Of a DNA stretch of 64,000 bases, positions 1 through 6,465 are shown in pieces. Each line of letters begins with the position of its first letter. Positions within the stretch are counted from its first letter, which is position 1. This DNA is from an uncultured virus (IMG/VR IMGVR_UViG_3300020045_010788) (Duplodnaviria; Heunggongvirae; Uroviricota; Caudoviricetes): the IMG/VR virus record IMGVR_UViG_3300020045_010788, one strand, 5' to 3'. Below the pieces are notes generated by a model. The model was not told the origin of the DNA and searched no databases. It saw only the letters and a program-made list of their open reading frames with translations. The translations under genes and the position numbers were made by a program.

Positions 1-44
1 AAAAACAACGATTGCTATTTATGTGGTAACATTTTCGATTAATT

Positions 45-458
45 ATGAGATTCGATACATCAATTCCTTATCAACGTGAAAATGCAATAGTTTATATTAA
101 ACAATTACTAGATGATAAGGCCCGTTTTGAAATAAATAAAATTCATCCAAAGCGAAGCAATCAACAAAATTCATACCTACATGTACTGTTTTCTATGTAT
201 GGCTTACATTTTGGCCTAACACTTGAAGAAGCAAAACAGGACATTAAGATGGACCTAGGGTTTACTTATGAAAAAAATGGCAAGACATACCTAAAATCAA
301 CCGTTACTGATTCAAAGACCCTAACTGATTTTATTGAGGCATTTAGGAATCTATCGGCATCCAGGGGTAAATATTTACCAAGCCCAAATGAGATAAGCGA
401 TAATGATTTAAACGAAATTGAGCGTAATCAGGTTTATTTAACTGGGAAATTTTATTAA
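45..458 (+). CDS. NinB-like recombination protein
   Basis: 137 aa; KRSNQQNSYLH motif typical of the NinB family; lies near a NinG-like gene. Confidence 0.6.
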   Translation: MRFDTSIPYQRENAIVYIKQLLDDKARFEINKIHPKRSNQQNSYLHVLFSMYGLHFGLTLEEAKQDIKMDLGFTYEKNGKTYLKSTVTDSKTLTDFIEAFRNLSASRGKYLPSPNEISDNDLNEIERNQVYLTGKFY

Positions 459-487
459 AAATACATTGGATATTTAAATAATTAAAC

Positions 488-495
488 TACATTTG
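488..495 (+). promoter_or_regulatory. Bacteroidota-type -7 promoter element (TAnnTTTG)
   Basis: TACATTTG immediately upstream of the ATG at 500. Confidence 0.6.
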
Positions 496-499
496 TAGC

Positions 500-664
500 A
501 TGAAAAACACAGAAAAGTATATTCCAGTATCAGAATACGCAAAAACAGCTATCAATAAACGCAATGGGACTAAAGGCGTTTCGGTTCAATCAATATACCA
601 GGCTATTTGGCGCGGTGATTTAAAGTATAGGAAGCTTGGGAACTATACCTTAGTAAAAGTTGAT
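500..664 (+). CDS. small HTH / excisionase-like DNA-binding protein (not in ORF track)
   Basis: Manual translation MKNTEKYIPVSEYAKTAINKRNGTKGVSVQSIYQAIWRGDLKYRKLGNYTLVKV*; GVSVQSIYQAI looks like an HTH recognition helix. Confidence 0.55.
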
Positions 665-699
665 TAATTTTTTTAAGCCAATAATTTAATATATTAAAT

Positions 700-1407
700 A
701 TGATTGAGTTAATTAAATCATGCGACTTTAATGGCAAAAAAGCTTATAGTGCAAGAAGCTTATATCAATTTCTCGAAGTTACAACAGATTTTACTTCATG
801 GTGTAAGCGAATGTTTGAATATGGATTTTCAGATGGCACTGACTACGCGCTCATCAAAAATGGTGAGCCTGAAACACAATTATTTATAAATCCAAATCCA
901 AAGCATGATTATGTGCTATCATTAGATTGTGCAAAAGAAATATCTATGATTCAAAGAACGGATAAAGGAAAGCAAGCGCGACAATACTTTATACAAATGG
1001 AGCAGGCTGCATTATCCTTAACTTTACCCGATTTTAACGACCCAGTCAAGGCCGCACGCGCTTGGGCGGATGCAAAGGAGCAACAACAAATTGCAGAAAC
1101 AAAAGTTAAGGAACTCGCTCCTAAAGCCGAAGTGTATGATCAAATAAGCAACTGCGATAACCTAAAAACGGTTGGTGAAGTTGCTAAATTAATAGGTTCA
1201 GGTGAACATCGGTTATTTCATTTCATGCGTGAAAATGGTATTATAATGCCTAATACAACGATACCATATCAGAAATATATAACAGCCGGATATTTTAAAG
1301 TAAAAACACATCCAATTGCTGGGCAAAACCGAAATTATACACAGTCGTTTTTTACATCAAAGGGTGAACTTTGGATTGCTGACGTATTTAAAACTTGTCA
1401 TAAATGA
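700..1407 (+). CDS. phage antirepressor (AntA/AntB N-terminus + KilAC/ANT C-terminus)
   Basis: SARSLYQFLEV..DFTSW..LSLDCAKEISMIQRTDKGKQARQYFI (AntA); LPDFNDPVKAARAWAD, PKAEVYD, PYQKYITAGYF (ANT/KilAC). Confidence 0.85.
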   Translation: MIELIKSCDFNGKKAYSARSLYQFLEVTTDFTSWCKRMFEYGFSDGTDYALIKNGEPETQLFINPNPKHDYVLSLDCAKEISMIQRTDKGKQARQYFIQMEQAALSLTLPDFNDPVKAARAWADAKEQQQIAETKVKELAPKAEVYDQISNCDNLKTVGEVAKLIGSGEHRLFHFMRENGIIMPNTTIPYQKYITAGYFKVKTHPIAGQNRNYTQSFFTSKGELWIADVFKTCHK

Positions 1408-1772
1408 ACCTAAACGATAAACTAACCGACTTAACCAGGCAGATAGTTCGCCTAAGGGATGCAAATGAGTGGTGTATCATCTGTAATGGAGAAATGAGAG
1501 ATGATGTTGAAGTCTGCCACTATATGAAAAGACGGCACATAGCGACAACATGGGACTTAGTTAACTGTAATTTAGGTCATTTATCATGCAATCGCAGAGA
1601 AGAAAGCAGTGAAGTATTACAGGCTAGTCATTCTGCAAACATGATTAAGAAATATGGCAACGCAGAAGTTATGAGGCTACATATCGAAAAGAACAGAACG
1701 GTTAAGCTATCCAAATCTGATAAGCTAGAAAAGATTGAGCAATACAAGGCAATTTTAAAATCATTGCAATGA
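1404..1772 (+). CDS. NinG/Rap-like nuclease
   Basis: VRLRDA..CIICN..CHY..R...TWDLVNCNLGHLSCN pattern of NinG. Confidence 0.7.
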   Translation: MNLNDKLTDLTRQIVRLRDANEWCIICNGEMRDDVEVCHYMKRRHIATTWDLVNCNLGHLSCNRREESSEVLQASHSANMIKKYGNAEVMRLHIEKNRTVKLSKSDKLEKIEQYKAILKSLQ

Positions 1773-2077
1773 AATACTATTTTAAAAACGATGATGAACC
1801 GTGCTACACACTAAGCTATTGGCTTGAATATACGCACGAAAACAACATATCTGAAATGGAAGTTTTCGAGGCTAAAAAGGATATTGGTTCAGGTCATTTT
1901 TTCTGCAAAGAATTTAGCCAACATGGGACTGTTGGTGATACATGTGGCCGATTATGTGATAAATATAACCCTAGAAATGGCAAGAAGGGAATTTGTAAAC
2001 ACCATAGATATACCTATGAATGCGGTAAATCAATAATATTGAAACTTAATAAAAAATCAAATGGCAACAATAATTAG
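1769..2077 (+). CDS. hypothetical Cys-rich phage protein
   Basis: 102 aa; translationally coupled; FFCKE..CGRLCDKYNPRNGKKGICKH suggests metal binding. Confidence 0.55.
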   Translation: MKYYFKNDDEPCYTLSYWLEYTHENNISEMEVFEAKKDIGSGHFFCKEFSQHGTVGDTCGRLCDKYNPRNGKKGICKHHRYTYECGKSIILKLNKKSNGNNN

Positions 2078-2561
2078 AAACGAAAAACTTTTTTGCACCT
2101 GTTGCGGCGGCGAATTTACTTTAAACTATCCATTAGCGATTGATGACTATTCAAAAAAACTAAAATCATTTGATGAACTACATAGGGATTGCAACCAAAC
2201 ATGGGTAGAACCAGCCGCAGACCAAAGTAAAACGGCACATCAAAAAGCAATGTGGTGGATAGCTAATGGACATGTGGGGGCGAGTTCTAAAACCATGTGG
2301 AATTGCTTAATAGGTAATAATAATTTCCCGATTGATCACCCTTATGACCCTGATGATTTTTCGAGATGCTACAAACTTTTGCAAGCAGTTCCCGAATGGA
2401 AAACTGAGATATGTAAGCTTAAATCACTTTCAAAAGTATGGAATAGCCTTATTGAAAACTGGGATAAACTAACCGAAATGTTTGAAGAAAACCACAGAAC
2501 TAATTGGAAAAATGCGAATAAAATAGGCATGTATGAGTTTATGCAAACTTTAATTAAATAA
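2061..2561 (+). CDS. hypothetical phage protein
   Basis: 166 aa; CTCC and GASSKTM..HPYDPDDFSRCYKLLQAVPEW motifs. Confidence 0.6.
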   Translation: MATIIRNEKLFCTCCGGEFTLNYPLAIDDYSKKLKSFDELHRDCNQTWVEPAADQSKTAHQKAMWWIANGHVGASSKTMWNCLIGNNNFPIDHPYDPDDFSRCYKLLQAVPEWKTEICKLKSLSKVWNSLIENWDKLTEMFEENHRTNWKNANKIGMYEFMQTLIK

Positions 2562-2675
2562 AACAAATCCCATCTATTACCAAAACGGATGAAACAATGG
2601 AATGTTTTACTCAAGTGTTCTGGATGGGTTTTTAAGATATGTTCTTAGGTTAGTTTCATTTGGGTTTTAGTTGGC

Positions 2676-2750
2676 GCAATAGTAGTTTGGGAGGCACAAA
2701 TACATCACTTGTTTGATGAGTTCGCAGGTTCGAGTCCTGCCTATTGTTCA
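2676..2750 (+). tRNA. tRNA-like gene (Thr-UGU-derived) with a 6-nt anticodon loop
   Basis: Acceptor GCAATAG 2676-82 / CTATTGT 2741-47; D arm GTTTG/CAAAT; anticodon stem CATCA/TGATG with loop CTTGTT; T arm GCAGG-TTCGAGT-CCTGC. Confidence 0.7.
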
Positions 2751-2757
2751 AGGGACA

Positions 2758-2863
2758 CCGATAAGCACCCGTTCGCGTTGGATAGAACAAAACCTACTTT
2801 AAATGGGAAACGTCTTACAAGCAAGTCCAACCCTTGTAAACTTTAGGTTATCGGCTAAAGTTT
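2758..2863 (+). ncRNA. putative structured RNA, three-way junction with kissing loops
   Basis: CCGATAA/TTATCGG closing stem; inner stems CCCGTT/AATGGG and TTACAAG/CTTGTAA; loop segments GTTGGA and TCCAAC are complementary. Confidence 0.45.
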
Positions 2864-2892
2864 CTTTGCCAGATAGGTTAAAGCTGGTACAT

Positions 2893-2943
2893 GCGGGTGA
2901 AGGTTCAGGCCTACTGTTCTGGTTCGAGTCCAGCACCCGATCA
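2893..2943 (+). ncRNA. miniature tRNA-like element (acceptor + T arm, no D arm)
   Basis: CGGGTG 2894-99 / CACCCG 2934-39; T arm CTGG-TTCGAGT-CCAG; small CAG-GCCTA-CTG hairpin. Confidence 0.5.
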
Positions 2944-2965
2944 AATTAAGTTCGTTGATGTATAT

Positions 2966-3243
2966 GGTAGTTTAGTAAGACGATGGTTTGATCCCATCCA
3001 CCTCCACGCATAAGTTCGCCTTTTGTCGTTAACCAGTCGCGTTAGTACTGTTCTATTTATCAATGATAATTTAGAGTGGTTGGCCACATTACCATAATTG
3101 TGGCAATCGGGGGTGAATGATTTTGATTGCTAAATGATAATTTACTGAGGGCTTAATTAAGTCAGAAATGACAATAATTCAATTGAGCTTTATCCACGGC
3201 TAAGAGCCGTTGCATAAGCAGCCGCCGGGAGCTACATCCCGGC
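2966..3243 (+). ncRNA. ssrA: circularly permuted (two-piece) tmRNA
   Basis: Acceptor piece ~2966-3007 (GAC, T arm GATGG-TTTGATC-CCATC, CACCTCC-A) precedes coding piece starting GGGGGTG at 3109; G3-U pair; 9-bp helix 2970-78/3127-35; tag ORF 3164-3217. Confidence 0.85.
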
Positions 3244-3248
3244 ATTTT
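3224..3248 (+). terminator. hairpin/terminator ending the tmRNA coding piece
   Basis: GCCGGGA-GCTACA-TCCCGGC followed by ATTTT. Confidence 0.55.
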
Positions 3249-3310
3249 ACAACGTTAATATTTTTCTTACACATAATTCACAAGAAAAGCAAACACATGA
3301 AAGGTTCGCT

Positions 3311-3334
3311 CCGGGGCTTCGGCTCCGGGTTTTT
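3311..3334 (+). terminator. intrinsic terminator
   Basis: CCGGGGC-TTCG-GCTCCGG then GTTTTT. Confidence 0.7.
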
Positions 3335-3346
3335 AAAACAAAAAAA

Positions 3347-3586
3347 ATGAAAACACAAAATATCACACGGTCGGAATTCTTAAACTATCAACTTCCAGTA
3401 TTCGCATACTGCGAAATTGGGCGCGGTCCATCAACCCAGTTCAATGAAAGTTTTCATATTGAAAATAGAAACACAAAGATAATCCTCAATTTCTGGTGGG
3501 ATTCAGATGAAACAGTATCAGTAAACACATATAATTCAAAAGAGCAAGACCCATTTAAAAAGAATGTTAGCCACAGTATTTTTTAG
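3347..3586 (+). CDS. hypothetical protein
   Basis: 79 aa with A-rich leader; its 3' end runs across the GTTAG cassette boundary at 3566. Confidence 0.5.
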   Translation: MKTQNITRSEFLNYQLPVFAYCEIGRGPSTQFNESFHIENRNTKIILNFWWDSDETVSVNTYNSKEQDPFKKNVSHSIF

Positions 3587-3610
3587 TAATCATTTTAAAA
3601 ACAATAAATT

Positions 3611-3985
3611 ATGAGCTTAGATGTTTATTTAATCGGAGAAGAAAAAAGAGTTGAATGTACTTGCGAATGCGGACACAAACACTCTAAAATTGAACGTGAA
3701 ACATTATACGATTCAAATATTACCCACAACCTTAATAAAATGGCTGGTGAAGCTGGTATTTATGAGGCTTGTTGGCGACCCGAAGAAATTGGAGCGACTA
3801 AGGCTAAAGACATTATTGGAAAATTAGCTTTAGCAGTAGACTTAATGAAGAAAGAGCCTGAAAGGTTTAAAAAGTTTGATTCTCCAAATGGGTGTGGTAC
3901 ATACGAACATTTTTTACATTGGGTAGAATCTTACTTGAAAGCGTGTGAAGAAAATCCAGACGCAACTATCGAAGTGAGCCGCTAA
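3611..3985 (+). CDS. conserved hypothetical phage protein (cassette gene)
   Basis: MSLDVYL..NITHNLNKMA.EAGIYE..WRPEE..PNG.GTYE motif; flanked by inverted 15-mers. Confidence 0.7.
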   Translation: MSLDVYLIGEEKRVECTCECGHKHSKIERETLYDSNITHNLNKMAGEAGIYEACWRPEEIGATKAKDIIGKLALAVDLMKKEPERFKKFDSPNGCGTYEHFLHWVESYLKACEENPDATIEVSR

Positions 3986-3994
3986 TATTGGGGC

Positions 3995-4119
3995 TAACGT
4001 TAAAAATATGAAATGTACGGGATTAAAAGCGGTATCCTCCTATCCCGATACACAAAAGATAATTAAGGTAGTACCGTTCAAATACGCACTGACACCCGTA
4101 TATTTTATATTTAGTGTTA
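3995..4119. repeat. attC-like imperfect hairpin site 1 (125 bp)
   Basis: TAAC 3995 ... GTTA 4119; arms AAATATGAAATGTACGGG 4004-21 / CCCGTATATTTTATATTT 4095-4112. Confidence 0.7.
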
Positions 4120-4140
4120 TAGGGCGTTTATTTTTATCAC

Positions 4141-4362
4141 ATGGAAACTTTTAGATGGCATACAACAGAATATCATCCGACAAACGAAACAACAATGCAG
4201 GATTATTTGGAAAATCATTTACCACAATGCTTTGATGTGATATTTGAAGATGGTACTTATGCGGAAATTCAAAACAAAAATACGGGGCAAATATTCGGAG
4301 TTAATGCTTCGGGCGATGGCGATTCTTTCAACCACAAAGTTGAGTTCGAGTTTGTTCATTAA
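4141..4362 (+). CDS. hypothetical protein (cassette gene)
   Basis: 73 aa, flanked by GTTATAGGGCGTTTA and TAAATGCCCTATAAC. Confidence 0.6.
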   Translation: METFRWHTTEYHPTNETTMQDYLENHLPQCFDVIFEDGTYAEIQNKNTGQIFGVNASGDGDSFNHKVEFEFVH

Positions 4363-4446
4363 ATGCCCTATAACGGCACAGGTATGGGCATGTGCGCCAG
4401 CCGGGACTAACCACTAAACCTAAAACTAACTATGGAAATAAACTAC

Positions 4447-4914
4447 CTAATCAATTATCGTTATTAACCACTCTGATTGGCCGGAATTATTAAGTAACTC
4501 CATTAGCTTATTGAAACATTTTACAGAACTTGTCAATTTGCCTTTTATTGTATTTTCTCCAACCAATATGCATCCCCGCGTATCCTTTTCACTTGTTCCA
4601 TTATGCAACATAATTCCCTCAAACATTGGAACGTCTTGCAAAAAAGGCATTAATTTATTGAAATGGGGGCTGCGCTGCATTAAAATCTTATACTGTCCTG
4701 ATGGAATACAAGAATCGCCTGGTACCTTTTCTTCACCCATTATGTAATTGCGCCACTCATCTTCTAAGGTATCACAGATTTCAGTCATTAGATTTCCGTC
4801 ATCTCGGGTACAATATAATGATCCGATAGTATATCCCTTTATAATGCCTTTTTCTGGTATACTAAAACATTTAACCCGATGTTCTCTTAGTAGTATTAGG
4901 CGTAAATCATTCAT
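4447..4914 (-). CDS. DUF5675-like protein, candidate endolysin/peptidase
   Basis: YTIGSL..CDTLED..KVPGDSCIPSGQY..DVPMFEGIMLHNG...DTRGCILVG motif; end of the late/lysis operon. Confidence 0.7.
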   Translation of the reverse strand: MNDLRLILLREHRVKCFSIPEKGIIKGYTIGSLYCTRDDGNLMTEICDTLEDEWRNYIMGEEKVPGDSCIPSGQYKILMQRSPHFNKLMPFLQDVPMFEGIMLHNGTSEKDTRGCILVGENTIKGKLTSSVKCFNKLMELLNNSGQSEWLITIID

Positions 4915-5261
4915 TTAGTGCCTCCACCTCTAGTTGTAGGACTGTGAACATCTGAGTATAATTGATTAAACCTATATGAATTACATGCATCGAATTGCAA
5001 TACGCCTATCTTATTTTCGGTTACAGATGACACTAGTTCTTGTGAATATGACTTATTTAGATACATAGCATCAGTTAGATTCTTTTTAGTTGGCGCATTG
5101 GCTATAGCCGCCTCAAATAATGCAATCTTAACGCTTATTATTATAGCGGAACCGATTGACGCAACAACGGCAGATATGAAAGCACCCACTGATATTTTCA
5201 ACCATGTTGTATTATTCTTTATTAAAGCCTTCATTTCGGCAGTTTCATTTATCGTTGTCAT
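4911..5261 (-). CDS. membrane protein (lysis module)
   Basis: Long hydrophobic segment ISVGAFISAVVASIGSAIIISV. Confidence 0.5.
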   Translation of the reverse strand: MTTINETAEMKALIKNNTTWLKISVGAFISAVVASIGSAIIISVKIALFEAAIANAPTKKNLTDAMYLNKSYSQELVSSVTENKIGVLQFDACNSYRFNQLYSDVHSPTTRGGGTK

Positions 5262-5377
5262 TATATTACATTTAACTGTTTAATACAAAGTAAAAAACCT
5301 GCATATCATTGCAGGCTTAAATTTATCGGGGCTTTGGAGGTGGTTGAATTGGTGGATCTCCGCCATCGTATGAAATA

Positions 5378-5566
5378 CTATACTTTCTCATTTTTCAAAA
5401 TATTTATAGCCCTTTCGAGCTGATTAATAATTATGTCATTATTTTCATGGTGCATTTGATTTATGGATAAGCTAATTTTATCCAAACGCAATAATTCATC
5501 TGATTTAGCAACATTTCGCTTATGCTGAATCAGTTCATCATTCAATAATTCTATCGCGTAATTCAT
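5378..5566 (-). CDS. hypothetical protein
   Basis: 62 aa, overlaps the stop of the upstream holin-like gene. Confidence 0.45.
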   Translation of the reverse strand: MNYAIELLNDELIQHKRNVAKSDELLRLDKISLSINQMHHENNDIIINQLERAINILKNEKV

Positions 5567-5793
5567 TCCAATTTCGTTGGGTCTTTTACCGTCATTTTGC
5601 TAATTGCAGCACCAAATATTCCAGCAGCAATACAATACTGCCCGATTAAATATACAATGTCAGGCATTTTTATAACCGTTTCAGGAATTGCCTGTATCCC
5701 TATTCCAATAGTCGCCAAAGAAGCGCATGCATACGCTATCTTATTGAAAAAATCAGGCGTTTCGTTTTGAAATCTTTTTACTACTGTTTTCAT
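5563..5793 (-). CDS. holin-like two-TM protein
   Basis: RFQNETPDFFNKI followed by two hydrophobic helices; start reassigned to MKTVV after a TAAATTTG promoter element. Confidence 0.55.
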   Translation of the reverse strand: MKTVVKRFQNETPDFFNKIAYACASLATIGIGIQAIPETVIKMPDIVYLIGQYCIAAGIFGAAISKMTVKDPTKLE

Positions 5794-5835
5794 GTTATGC
5801 AAATTTAGTAAAATATTTATTGAAATAAATACAAT

Positions 5836-6441
5836 TTAAGAAGCTAATTTCAAATTAACATTAAAGAAAATATCCATCGGATTATCCTTTGCGGGATTCT
5901 TTGACCATCCCGGTCTTAAATGATTTGCTACAGTCGAATCAAGCTCACTGCATATTAAGGCGCGTTCGGCGGCCTGTCCCTCCTTGCCTATCTCTTTTCC
6001 TGTTAGTCCCTTTACTATTTGGCAAAGTATCTCAGAATAATCATAAGGCCGACCTTCAAAATATAAGGCTAATTGGGTCATTAAATCAATCTCTTTTTCT
6101 GTCCACGGGATAATCATATCCATTAAAGTGTATTCAACCTCTCCTCTCGCGTAATCAGTGCATTCCCATTTGGTTATTTTGACACAATTTTTGTACACAT
6201 CATGGAAATAAATTGTTCCCGTAAATGGATTTTTAAACCACTTTCCCCTTACTGCTTTTGAATTAGCCTCCAATACATAAGGTTTTCCATACAGCTTAAC
6301 AATCAAAAAAGCGTGGTTCCAAAGACTATCTGTGGGTCTATGGATTACTAGTTTACAATATGTCCACATGAAAAATAGTATGCTTTTTGCAAGCAAACTA
6401 TCTCCACGAGAAAGACCAAATTGGCCGTATTTTGGTATCAT
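5836..6441 (-). CDS. permuted NlpC/P60 (YiiX/YebB-like papain-fold) enzyme
   Basis: His motif WNHAFLIV..VLEA comes before GRPYDY and the Cys motif LICSEL, the permuted order. Confidence 0.75.
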   Translation of the reverse strand: MIPKYGQFGLSRGDSLLAKSILFFMWTYCKLVIHRPTDSLWNHAFLIVKLYGKPYVLEANSKAVRGKWFKNPFTGTIYFHDVYKNCVKITKWECTDYARGEVEYTLMDMIIPWTEKEIDLMTQLALYFEGRPYDYSEILCQIVKGLTGKEIGKEGQAAERALICSELDSTVANHLRPGWSKNPAKDNPMDIFFNVNLKLAS

Positions 6442-6465
6442 TTATTTTATGTTAGATGAATTATT

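Noticed and set aside
2751..2810. HDV-like (theta) ribozyme right after the tRNA-like gene
   Set aside because: The position fits, but I could not build the P1/P3/P1.1 nested pseudoknot or find the catalytic C in J4/2
2906..2916. CTA in the mini-tRNA loop as an amber suppressor anticodon
   Set aside because: Only a 3-bp stem and 5-nt loop, with no D arm; cannot be a normal decoding tRNA
2947..2967. boxA-like antitermination sequence (AAGTTCGTTGA) before the tmRNA
   Set aside because: Short imperfect match that cannot be distinguished from chance without homologs
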